From Girardia tigrina (taxonomy: Eukaryota), in assembly GCA_001938485.1 (NCBI GenBank), contig MQRK01225151.1, positions 9,318 to 61,136 on the forward strand: a DNA stretch of 51,819 nucleotides, in the 5' to 3' direction. Within the stretch, counting starts at the first letter, position 1. Each line of letters opens with the position of its first letter. This document shows, one piece after another, positions 37,901 through 50,354 of this stretch. The position numbers and the translations under genes are program-made. The notes beneath the pieces are model-generated. The model was not told the origin of the DNA. It did no database searches and saw nothing but the letters and a program-made list of their open reading frames with translations.

Positions 37901-38449
37901 AGAGTACCGAATCAAAAAATTTTCAAAAAAAACGAATAAAAACATTTTCTAATTAATTTTATAAACTGTCACACACACAAAAAACTCGATTAGAAAAATT
38001 TTATCTCCATCATAATTTGAACTTGCCACAATTATAAGAAAAGTTAAATGTATTCGCAATCGAAATTCGGTCAACGTTTTTTTTTTGTTGTTCAACGGGT
38101 TCTTTTTTGTATTATTTAATTTCAACATTATTGAATTATTTTTTTTCATCATTCATTGCATTTTTATTAAGTTTAAATAATCCGAGAGACATACGGAAAT
38201 TTTCACATTCTTGGTTGTATTTATGGACTGGTCTCTGATTTTTGTATGGAATTGTTGTCAATTAAATTGATTGCAAACGCTCGTTGCTGTTGATGTCAGT
38301 CTGGTCACCCCCCTCATTTTTACAATCAAACAAATACATTGAGACTTTCCGATTGTGAGAGTAATATGTCGTGTTAACTACTTTTTATGATATTTTATCA
38401 TTTCTCATATATATTTGATAAATTATAAAAGGTAATTATTAAGAACAAC

Positions 38450-38790
38450 AATGTGATTTTTAATATTTTTATTATTATTACAAGTTTGGTTGCCCTCAGG
38501 ATAATCTTTGTCAAAGCTTTCGTATTTTTGCATCCTTCTGAAGGATTAATGACTTAAATTCTGTTACAATCCACTATTAAAATGTTTTAAATCACTTTCA
38601 AATAAATTTCAAAAATATTTATTAAAATATTATTTTATTTTTCTTGATTAAAATATAATAATTTAATTTTAAATTTGTTATTTAAATTTCAAAATTTTCC
38701 GAATAATCCGACTTTTCAAAACCTTCAAAATAACAATTTTCCATCTGGTTGGAGAAATACAATCCTAAATACAATCCTACTTTTTTGAAT
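38450..38790 (-). mobile_element. Degenerate Penelope RT-thumb/linker relic
   Basis: DCISPTRWKIVILKVLKSRII resembles PLE S.xP..WK..I..L..R. Related blocks lie at about 39600-39890 (+), 43700-44220 (-), 44430-44780 plus 46430-46650 (-), and 49130-49389 (-). Confidence 0.5.
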
Positions 38791-39984
38791 GACTACTCAA
38801 TTTCTAAAGTTTATTCTACGGATATAACACTGTGATGAGAGAACATTAATTGTTTTTTTACCAGTTGTTAGGCATTTGTATTGAATAATTATAATTTAAT
38901 AATACACAAGACAATTTTTAAAGGTAAGAATTTATATTTCGTTAAAATAGGTATTTTTCTTAATTTTTTTAATAATCATAATTATTCTTTAAAATTTGCG
39001 ATTACCTACCAAGTCAAACAATTTAGAAATTATTTGGCATTAGCAATTAATGCAGTTTAAATTTATAAAACTGTCTAAGAATATAACTTTAATTTTTTAA
39101 CAAGATATCTTTATGTTTGTGTTAATTGTTTTAAGGTATATGGGTGTAGATGTGTTGACGTTTTGCAAAAAAGTAATTTGATATCCTTTAATAAAAGTCA
39201 ATATTTTACTAAACCTTGTATATGCACTTGTTAATAAAATACTTTAATCCGGACTCCGATAATTTCATTAATTTTATTTATCAAAAGATACCCTCTCAGC
39301 CTCATCTCCTGGGTCCGCCCTTACATATTAGGTTCGCGCAAAAATTCGTGCACGATATTCATAGATGGCAGAAGCATGCACTTTGGACAGTGCTGCCTTT
39401 ATTATATGATCACATGATTTACTAACAGTGATTTACAGGTGTAGTGAGTCAACATAACCTTAAAAATAAAGTTAATTTAAACTAATTTATGCACATGGTT
39501 AGTATTCAAAGTATAGAGTGTAAAGAATATTTTTTGTGTAATATATTTCTGTCTGAGAAATTTATAATTATGAAATTTTAAATTAAATTTATTTTTTACA
39601 ATTTGATAAAATATTCTTCTTATTTCGAGTTTTTATAATAAAATTGTTAAAAGTATTAATTTTAATAAATAATTTTGTAAATTTAATATTTTAAAAACAT
39701 TTACAAAAATATCTTAAATAATAATTATTAAAAAAAAGAAATAGAAAAACTAATTAGACCGATGTCAAACGGTAAATAATCTTCCCGGAGTTGTGATGAC
39801 TCTAAATGTGATAATAATAAATATTCATATAATAATTGTCTCAATGTTCTTAACAACACATAATTCGTCATGTGTGTGGACCAACTATTTTATATTTTTT
39901 TATTTATTGCATTTATTTAATTCCATTATTTATTTTATGTAATTTTATTTAGTTTATTAAAAATGCTTGTTTGTTTGAATTATA

Positions 39985-41672
39985 CAGTGTGTTCAAAAAG
40001 TAACTGTGCACCTGCAATTTCAAAACAAGAACGATATCCTGTATTCTAAAAATCAATAACAAAATATTTTGAATAGTCAATTTTATGTGAAGAACAATGA
40101 CCGTCTCTTAATTTATTAAAAATAACAAGAAAAGAGTCACAACAACTGCTGGAAATGCCCACCAAGTTCTTTAATACAAACGTTAATTCGACGTTTCAAG
40201 TTTTCGAACACTCGATAAATTTCCTCTTGGGTGATGGCTTCAATTTGGTGTAGGATGTTATCACGTAGGTCTTGCAAAGTTTGTGGTTTGTNNNNNNNNN
40301 NNNNNNNNNNNNNNNNNNNNNNNNNNNNNNNNNNNNNNNNNTTGGTGTAGGATGTTATCACGTAGGTCTTGCAAAGTTTGTGGTTTGTTTCGGTAAACCT
40401 TTTGCTTTATCGCTCCCCACAGGTAAAAGTCCAAAACACTTAGATCTGGGGATCTTGGCCGCCAAATTCCTTTGGAAATGATTCTCTTCGGGAAGATCTC
40501 ATTCAAAAAACGAAGCGAAATGTTTGCGGTATGTGCTGTTGCACCATCCTGCTGAAAATAGACAGTCGATCGTTCTTCTTNNNNNNNNNNNNNNNNNNNN
40601 NNNNNNNNNNNNNNNNNNNNNNNNNNNNNNNNNNNNNNNNTTTCAGTAAAAAAGATGGGACCAATTACACGCCTCCTGGACATGGCACACCATACTCCAA
40701 CTTTCAAGGAATGCAGAGGCTTCTCAACAAATTCATGCGGATTTTCACTGGACCAAACTCGAGAATTTTGGTTACTCACATATTCAGACAAATGAAACCA
40801 TGCTTCATAGGATAAAAAGTCTTGTCGAGCATATCATCCTCATTCAGATTTTCCTTGAACCAATGAGAAAACTGGAGTCGCTTTTCAAAGTCTGTGTCTT
40901 TCAACTCATGTTGACAAGTAACACGATATGGATATAAGCTTAAAGTTGCTAAGATTTGTGTGTAATTGTCAATGATGTAACACTCGTAACCGGCATAATG
41001 ATCACAATTTCGCAACGTGATCCTCCGATTTTAAATTATAATATTGGAAATAAATTTTAATTATATGAACATTAAAATATAACATCAATAATGTTCCTCG
41101 CGGCGGCATGTGCAGTTAAAACGGATACACTCACTTCTTGAGATAAACGGCGCATTGACTTTGTTGGACTCTGGCTCATGGCTTTCGAAATAACATTGAC
41201 TTTTTGCTCCGTTAAAATCGTTGGTCGACCTGAGAGGGAGGCATCATGAACGGATCCAGTTTCTCTGAACTTGTTCACTAACGCTCGAACTGCATTTCGA
41301 TGAGGTATTGCTGTTGCGGGAAACTTTTCGGCAAATTTTTCCTTCACTGCTTCTGTGTTTTCATCATTCGCACGAAAGACATGTTCAATCAAAAATATTC
41401 TCTCCTCCGTTGACAAAACCATTTTCATTTGGAATTAACTTCGCAATAAATTGACTTTCGTCAATGATTAGATGAAATATCAAAATGATATTTTTTTTTT
41501 AAAATTTAAAACGCTCAGTGTCAAAGTCAAAGTGTGTAGGTATGTTTTTTGTTCACCAATCTATTTCATAGTTCGATTTCATAGAAATTTGCATTTAAAA
41601 AGTCTACTACAACGCTAATTATCTAAAAATAAACCTGACAATGAAAGGTGCAGTGACTTTCTGAACGCACTG
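39985..41672 (-). mobile_element. Tc1/mariner-superfamily rosa-like (DUF4817-type N-terminus) transposon, defective
   Basis: TIRs cagtgtgttcaaaaagtaactgtgcacct / aggtgcagtgactttctgaacgcactg with TA flanks. Motifs LVNKFRETGSV..SGRP, DEAWFHL, FQQDGATAH and PRSPDLSVLDFYLWG. An insertion of about 150 bp lies near 40950-41095. Confidence 0.9.
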
Positions 41673-42206
41673 TATTTATTTTACTTTTTGAGAATTTTAT
41701 TAAGGTTTGAAAGCCTTTGTGGACTTAATAATTATATAATTATTTTATGAATTTTAGGTATTAGAGATTAGAATCTAAATTTTAACACAATTATCAAAAC
41801 AGCAACAGTGTCAGAATCTAGAGTTACAATTTTATATTTCTGCAGGTTGTAGGGCGTTTTAACCAATGTACATTCTCAACATCGGTCAGGGTTGAAAATG
41901 TACATGTGTAGAAAGGGCCAACTTCTTTTTTAGTAACTGTGTTATTAATCTTTCGGTAAAAAGTTATTTATCATAAAGTATAATTAAAATATTGTTTCTT
42001 CTCCAATAATGTGTGATTTTTCAATGTAAACTTTCTATTATTTTTATGGCTTATTTATTTATTGTCATAAATAAAAATAAATATTTAGCAAAAATAAATA
42101 TTTTCAAAAATAACTTCAATTAGAATTATATAACAAAATGTCATTTTCTTTGCAAACAAAAGATACTCATTTGTATGAAAAAACTATTTGAGTTCACTGT
42201 TTGAGT

Positions 42207-43174
42207 TCAGTGCTTCCCAGTCATTTTCTTGAATACTTCTTTGAATATTTTTTTAATAATAGTTCTCATATGATTACTAGCGAGGCTGTAGAGATAGAAC
42301 TTTACGGCATTGTAGGACAATGACAAAATTGATGTTGAATAGTAAAAAGCATTAACTTTATACTTATTAAAATATGTCTCCGGATGGCTGTTGAGTATAA
42401 TAAGTACAACTGAGAGTGGAGTTGCAGAGACCACGTAATATACTGATGTAACCAAGACCATTTGGATGGCAAAAAGTACGGATTGTTGTAACGGGGACTT
42501 TGATATATTCGATATTTTTCTGAAACTTTTTCTTACTTTAACAAATGTCACCAAATTGGATAAAAATAATATAATAAATGAAATAAATGTCTTAAAAACT
42601 AATTTAAGATATGAAGCAATTTCGTGACCCTTTGGTATTTTTAAAAAATAACTGCTATTTAGGGCTAAACTTAGAATAATAAATGTTATGGTAATTATTA
42701 AACATTCTTTGTAAGAAAGTCGTTGTAAGAAGGGTTTTGTTGGCCAGACAACGAGAAACATTCGTTCCACGGAGAGGACGCATAAATACCAAACGGAACA
42801 ATCTGTAGATAAATATGCCAAATACATGTGGATCCATTTCATATAAAGACTTATGGTTCGGATATCAAAACGATATATAATAAATATTAAATAGCGAGTG
42901 CCAGATATAAAAAGGACAAGGGTATCACATAAGGCTTGAAGGTATAATAGACATTTGGTGAACACTCTGAGGTCTCTATCGAATTTCAAACAAACAATAG
43001 TTAAAATATTTCCCAAATATCCAAATATTAATATAAATATCAACAGAATTTCCAAAACTTTAAATGTGACTTTATAATATCTTGGCTTCTGTAAAAATAT
43101 AATAATGAAAATATAAATAAAATATAAATTACCTCAACAAGTAATGTTCCATTAATTGTAAAATTTTGATCCAT
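42207..43174 (-). CDS. Orphan class A 7TM GPCR, paralog 5 (exons 43174-43133 and 43088-42207; about 307 aa)
   Basis: Motifs GN, QALCD, CSVW..LSVERM, SATP and YNAVKFYLY. Exon 1 is MDQNFTINGTLLVE; the 44-nt GT..AG intron at 43132-43089 splices in frame. Confidence 0.92.
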
Positions 43175-44780
43175 GAGGTTTACAATGTTTGAAGAATTAA
43201 TTAAATTTTCGAAGCCCGAACAAATGGGAAGTAATTCTTAATAAATTGTTTAAATAGACATAATTAAAATTTAAGCAGCAAATAAAAACAAACTATTTTA
43301 CTAATGAAGAAAGATTTTTCATTTGACATTTTCCTAAAAAGATTTTCAATTTTTTTGATTTGTTGTTTTAATGGCGTTCGTTTCCTTTGTTATCCTTTTC
43401 TAATTTTAATAATTTTATCAAAAATTATTATTTTTTTAATAAAAATATATAAATTTAACTAATATCTAATCGCTTTTTACTTAATATTTTATTTTGAAAT
43501 ATAAATAATTTTAAATATATTGTAAACATAAGTATAATATTATTTTATAATAAAGATCCGATAATTCATATACTAACAGTCTTGGAAATACAAGTTTTCA
43601 TAATTTTGATAAATATTTCCCTAATGCTCTTTTGAATGAATCAATTTATACTATATACCATATAAGTAGGAAGAGATACAGTCAATTCCCCATAATCGAA
43701 CTAATTACCAATTAAAAACAACATTTATAAATTGTAAATCAAACTTTTATCCATGACTTCTCAGGGCTTAGACTATACATCTTGTTAATTCCTGTTCCGT
43801 AGTTATTAAGAACATTAATTGAGTTTCCTTTACATTTATTATTATCACAATTTGAATTGTCACTAGAACAATTCTCCGTAAAACTTGCGTAGCTCGTCAT
43901 CGTTCTTCATTGATAATCTTTAATAATATTCTTTAAAGTCTTATTGTTCAAACAAATTTAAAATACAATTTAATCATTACAAAAATAATTTATACTTTAA
44001 ATTATAATTTAATTATTACAAAAATATTTATAATTGAAATTTAAAATAATTTTTATTTATTTTAAGAAATTATTATTAAAATATTATTTATGAAAATTAG
44101 TTTAATTTTAAAGTGATTATTTAACTTTCAATAATTGATTAAACAACTCGAAGTTTTAAAATATTTAAAATATCAATCTTCCATCTGGGTGGGAGAAACA
44201 CAATCCTAAAACAACATACCAAACAACACACAATAAACACAATTCAAAAATATTCATCACAGTAGTTATTGATAAACAGTAGTGAGAGTTATAAGTATCT
44301 TTGAACTTTGTTTAATCTATTTTAGACTAGTCAATGGTATAAATAAATGATATAAATGTTAATAAAAATATGACAAATTAACGATTCATTTAATAAAAAT
44401 GTATTGAAATTTTGTTAATAATAAAACCGAAAGATAAAAAGAAGTATGAACGGGAGTGTTGAGAGCATTAAGCCACTTATTATTTGAACATTTATTATTA
44501 TCACATTTAAAGTCATCACAACTCTCAGAAGATCGTTCACAGTTTGACATCGTTCTGTTTGATTTTTTTTATTATCTTTCTTAATGATTATTCGAACAAT
44601 TTTTCTAAATCTTTTTAAAATATTTAATTTCCAAAAATATTTATTAAAATTAATAATTTTACCATTTATTTATAACAACTCTAAAAAAATAAAAATATTT
44701 TATTACATTGTAAATAAAAAAATCAAATTTAAATTTAATTATATAATTTTATACACATTTAAATATTTTTTTAAATATTA

Positions 44781-46426
44781 CAGGGTATTTCAAAAGTAAA
44801 AGTTCATATTGTATAAAATGAAATATAATAAGTTTTGTAATTTACATATAAAATTTTGTTATTTTTAATTATGAATTTTTATTTGATTTATAATTTTTAT
44901 TTTGAACTGAGTTTTTTTTCCATATACTACAATCAATTTGATTTTAATTTGGATAATTGCGCAAAAAGTACTTTTTTGTAAAATTTAACTGCAAAAATTC
45001 AATTACAATTTTTGGTAATTTAAATTCAGAAATCTCCTGTTACAATGAGAGGCATATATGGAATTCATATATTTTGTTTTAATTGATTAAGTTAAGTTGA
45101 AATAACTTATAAATATGTCTAAAGAAAATTATAGGAGAAAACCTAGGACTGTTGTGAATTTTGAAATTTTCAGTCAAATCAAGAGTCTATAAAATAAAAT
45201 CGAAGATCAAACTGATGGAAATTACATCTTTAATCAAAAATGCAATTAATGAAGCTATTCGCAAAATTGAAAATTGTGAAGATGCAGATCTAACTTTAGA
45301 CAGTCTTTATAAAAAGGCTGGAAGAAAGATGAAAAACAAAAATTCTTTACAAGCGAAAATTAGAAGCATAATTGGCAAAGATAATTCATTAACCCTATTC
45401 GGTTGTAAACATAAACTCATGTGTAATTTATCTTTTCCTCAAATCAGCAGAGAAGTAAAATCTGCAGAATTGACACGAAAGAAATTAAAGAAAAGGGCTA
45501 AGGTTACATTAACGATCCATAATATCAGAGACAAACATTTTGGGTACAGATATTAGGTATGAGAACTAGACCCGTTTTATTTCTGGATGAATATGGGTTA
45601 ATTCTACATGCGTCTATTAATTATGGATATTCTTAGGTAAATCAATATGCTATTCTCTATCAATCTTTGTCAAGAGGTAGGAATCTTTCCCTTTGTGCGA
45701 TTATTTCTTCAAATGGTATATAAAATTTTAAGTTGGTTGACGGGGTTTATAATAGAAATGTTATTTATGGAATTTCTGGAATCATGCTTCAATAAGCGAT
45801 TGTTTCGCAACAGTCCTGTTCTAGTAATGGATAACGCAAGGTATCATCACTGTGAAGAACTTAAAGAATATTTTGTGTCAAAGGGTGTATACGTTTTATA
45901 TTTACCACCTTATTCTCCTGATATAAATCCGATTGAAAATGTTTTTTCTTATATAAAAGTAAAATTAAATTCAATTAGACCACGTGCTGAGAATCGAGAA
46001 ATTATACAATTAAATATAACAAAAATAATTGAAGATTTTTTTGGCATTTTCGAATATTGACGACATTTTTGGGAGACAATAGACAGTTGTGAACAAACGA
46101 TTTGGGTGAAATAAAATTTTCTTAAATTCTAATCAGTGTTTTCAATTAAATTTTTATTTGTTGGCATTTATTTTTGTATTTCAATATTTACAATATTTGA
46201 ACATGCGTCTTATAAATTTAAATGACACATAAAATAGGTTTGTAATTACAATTAATCAAAAATGTTTAAAAAAACTCAGTAAAAACTAAAAATCATAAAT
46301 GAAATAAAAATTCATAATTAAAAATAACAAAATTTTATGCGTAAATTACAAAACTAATTATATTTCATTTTATAAAATATGAACTTTTATTTCTGAAATC
46401 AGAACTTTTATTTCAGAAATACCCTG
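44781..46426 (+). mobile_element. IS630/Tc1-like DD34E transposon with long (about 140 bp) TIRs, defective
   Basis: TA|cagggtatttc...gaaataccctg|TA; motifs FLDEYG, VMDNARYH and YLPPYSPDINPIE (34 residues between D and E); frameshifts. Confidence 0.9.
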
Positions 46427-49400
46427 TAAAATTGATTTTAATTATTTATTACAAAAAATTAAAATTATAAGATTATTTTCATTACGTTGTTATCATTTTA
46501 ATTATGTTCGAATAGTCAATTATCGTAAATACAAAATAAAATACTAATTTTCATATGTTGGGGAGAATCACCATTCTAAGTTCAACAAACTTGAATAAGC
46601 ATACTGCATTCATACATTCCTACAATTTATAATATTACTCCACGGTAAAGTAGTCTTTCTATTGGTTGCATAAATAGTCTAAAACAAATTTAGTGAAAAT
46701 GGTTATTTAAGATTATTAAGCCGAATCACTTGAGAAACTCTGGATTGATATTCTACTTCAGATAAACGACCAAAGATTATTGAATTCACTGGAATGTGTT
46801 TTTTGTCATCGTAAATAGTTATTATAATTATTCAATACTCTTTTCATCGACTATTTGATAATTAATTTTATCTCTTGTATTTATTTATATAGTATGACAC
46901 TACACATATCATAGTTTTTACTTCATATTTTATATTTAAATACCTATGGTAAATCAGTACCACAATTTAAATATCCGTCAAATTGGTTTATCACAGCTTA
47001 CCTCTGAGTTTGGAATTCTTTTATAAAATAATATTTTATTTAATGAAATTTTTAAATATTTAATAATGATTAAAGCAAAGATCAAACATCCTTTAACTAA
47101 AATGTTTATAAATAATATTTGACTGTGACATTCCCGGTATTTTTTAAATAAAAGGGTTTATTTAAAATAAAAAAAGAACCTACAACAAACTAAATGAAAT
47201 ATTAAATATTCATCACTGTTCAAACACTTGGTCCCGCTTCTCGATCAATTCATTTGTAATCTTTTGCTAGTAATCGCAAAGTCTGGTGTTGAAGAAGTGT
47301 TGAAGAATATTGGAAAATTGAAGCAACTATCAAATGTTAAGCTTTTCATTTGGTTGGAGAAGGTTTTTATGCTGAAAAACCACGCATTCAAGCTGAATTG
47401 GGGTGGTATTTACCTAGTGACATACGGAATTGTAATATAATATTATCACTTGGCCTTATTGATATGCTCTTTATTGTTGTCTTTGAGCTCAAAATTGTCA
47501 TTTTAAAATTTGGAACTTAAAATCTTGTGCCGTATACTAAACCAAAGCATTCTCTTCATGCTTTCCGAAAATGGTTAAATTACTATAAGTCTTTAGACCT
47601 TGTTAAAAATGAAGTAAATCTAGTGTCGAAAATGAAAGTTTTTGATACCTAGAATTTTCATGTGTGTTGCCAAAAATTAAAATGAACAAAATTATTTTCA
47701 AAAAATAATTTTAACAACTTTGAAAAGCAAATAACGTAGGAAATATGAGAACATTAAAAATATAAATTCTCGTGATTTGTATTAACTTCGTAATATTTAA
47801 TTTGATGTTGATATCATGCTAAATATTAAGCTCACAAATATTTTTTTGGAAATAAATCATGTTTTATATTTATCTCGAAATTAAAGTTTTAGATCTAATT
47901 TTTATAATTCCAATGGACACTTTTTTAGTCTCATTATACATTTAAAAATAAGAATTTTACGATTAAAATAAGTTTATATACATTTTTTGAAATTAAAAAA
48001 TCGAGATGTATTATGAAATAATTTATATTAAAAATGGTTATTAAATTTGATAAAAAGACTTGGGAACAGTGGCGTAGCCATGAGTAATGAAAAGAGGGAA
48101 CTGCGGAAATTTTAGGGGGGGCGCATTTTGTTATAATGTAATAGAAAATTAGCCTTTTCAAAAAAGTGGTTGAACACAAAACTGATTAAGAAACAATATT
48201 TAAAATTTGATTTATTCAGTTGTAATTACAACATAACACAAAGTATGATTATTATTTCCTAATTTCCCGGTTTTGTTTGAGTTTAAATCATGGAGGAATT
48301 TTTCCATATTTCCACATACTGCATTCATACATCAACGCATTCATACAATTTTAAATTTTCCCCACAAAATTATTTATCTCTATTTAAAATTTATTATTTT
48401 TATCTATAAATGGTTTTTGCGAGAAAAACATAAAAAGTGTTCCTCGGAAACTTATTAAAAAAATATTTAAAAATATGTTATTTTGTTGTATTAAATAAAA
48501 GATTTTCAAATGTCAATTTCTGGTTTTTCAAATACGAATTATCACGAACCTAACATTAGGTACTGTTAATACGTCAAGTCGACAAAGGAGACCTTTTATT
48601 GCACAATCGATAAATAGTACTTGTAAGTCAAGTGGAAAAACACAAAATCCGAACAATGTGTTCCTTATACTGACACATGGTAAACAAATGAATATTTTGT
48701 TCATAATAATATTAAGTTAATATTTACCAACTAAAAATGTTATTAAAAATCCATAAAAATCAGATTAGAAACAATAAAAAAACTTGTTATTAAAACAACG
48801 AACATAAACGATTAAAAGATTTACAATGTCGCAACAATCAAAGTAAAACTGGAATTTTAATAATTAAGCCTATATAAATAGAATTTAAGCTCTTTTTTAT
48901 TTTTCGTCAAATGTCAAGCAAGTTTTACTAAAACTTTACCCCTTATGTTTCGGTTTTATAAATATTTAAGATCGTTCTTATAGAAAGAATTCGTTTTTCA
49001 AAAGTTTCTTGAAGAAATTTTATTTAATTTCAAATTAATCTCAAGAATTTAGAAGACAGCAATCGTTATTTATTTTATAACTTCGATGAAATTTTAATGA
49101 TAAAATCGTTGAATTATTCGTATTGTTTTATATTCAATAATATTAAGATCATTTAGACAAGTCTCATTTGAATTTTTATTGCAATTACATTTAGAGTCAT
49201 TATGACTCTCAGAAAGTCTTTCATCGTTGGTCATCATTCTAATTGGTTTTCTTATTTCTGTTTTTAATCATGATTATTCGAACAATTGTTCTAAGTTATT
49301 TTTTAAAATATTTAACCCCTAAAAATATTAATTAAAAAATAATAATTTTTACCATTTCTCAATAAATCCCAAAATAATAAAAATTTCATNNNNNNNNNNN

Positions 49401-50354
49401 NNNNNNNNNNNNNNNNNNNNNNNNNNNNNNNNNNNNNNNNNNNNNNNNNNNNNNNNNNNNNNNNNNNNNNNNNNNNNNNNNNNNNNNNNNNNNNNNNNNN
49501 NNNNNNNNNNNNNNNNNNNNNNNNNNNNNNNNNNNNNNNNNNNNNNNNNNNNNNNNNNNNNNNNNNNNNNNNNNNNNNNNNNNNNNNNNNNNNNNNNNNN
49601 NNNNNNNNNNNNNNNNNNNNNNNNNNNNNNNNNNNNNNNNNNNNNNNNNNNNNNNNNNNNNNNNNNNNNNNNNNNNNNNNNNNNNNNNNNNNNNNNNNNN
49701 NNNNNNNNNNNNNNNNNNNNNNNNNNNNNNNNNNNNNNNNNNNNNNNNNNNNNNNNNNNNNNNNNNNNNNNNNNNNNNNNNNNNNNNNNNNNNNNNNNNN
49801 NNNNNNNNNNNNNNNNNNNNNNNNNNNNNNNNNNNNNNNNNNNNNNNNNNNNNNNNNNNNNNNAAGGTTTTTAATAAATTAATTAAAATTTTGTTTTTAA
49901 AAAGTTTTATTATTAATTTTCAATTTAAATAATAAATTAGAAAATGTTGGAATATCATTTATTTAAGAGGCAAATAAATTTGTCGAATTTGTCTTGAATT
50001 GTTTGTTAAATTGTCAGTGATTTGTCAAAAATTTTTAAGGAATATAATCGTCGAATTGTTTAAGTCATGTATTAATTTAATAATTGATTATGAATTATCA
50101 ACTGGTAAGCAAAGCAGCACCCAAGAATCTGAAAGAATAATTAATAACTGGAAGAATAAATAAATTAAATATTATGTTGTTTAAAAATCATGTCGTTTTT
50201 TTAATGGTCCTGATTTTTAATCATGTTTTGAAATAAATATTCTTCATTTATTTATGTTTTATACATAATTTTAAAGCTTATGAAAAACTTTATATTACTA
50301 TGATACTTTTTTAAATATTAACTTTAAAATAACGTGTTTATTTAAATAGTTGTC

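Noticed and set aside
40245-40390. Apparent 47-bp tandem duplication in the rosa-like transposase
   Set aside because: Identical sequence on both sides of a 50-N gap is a typical unmerged contig overlap.
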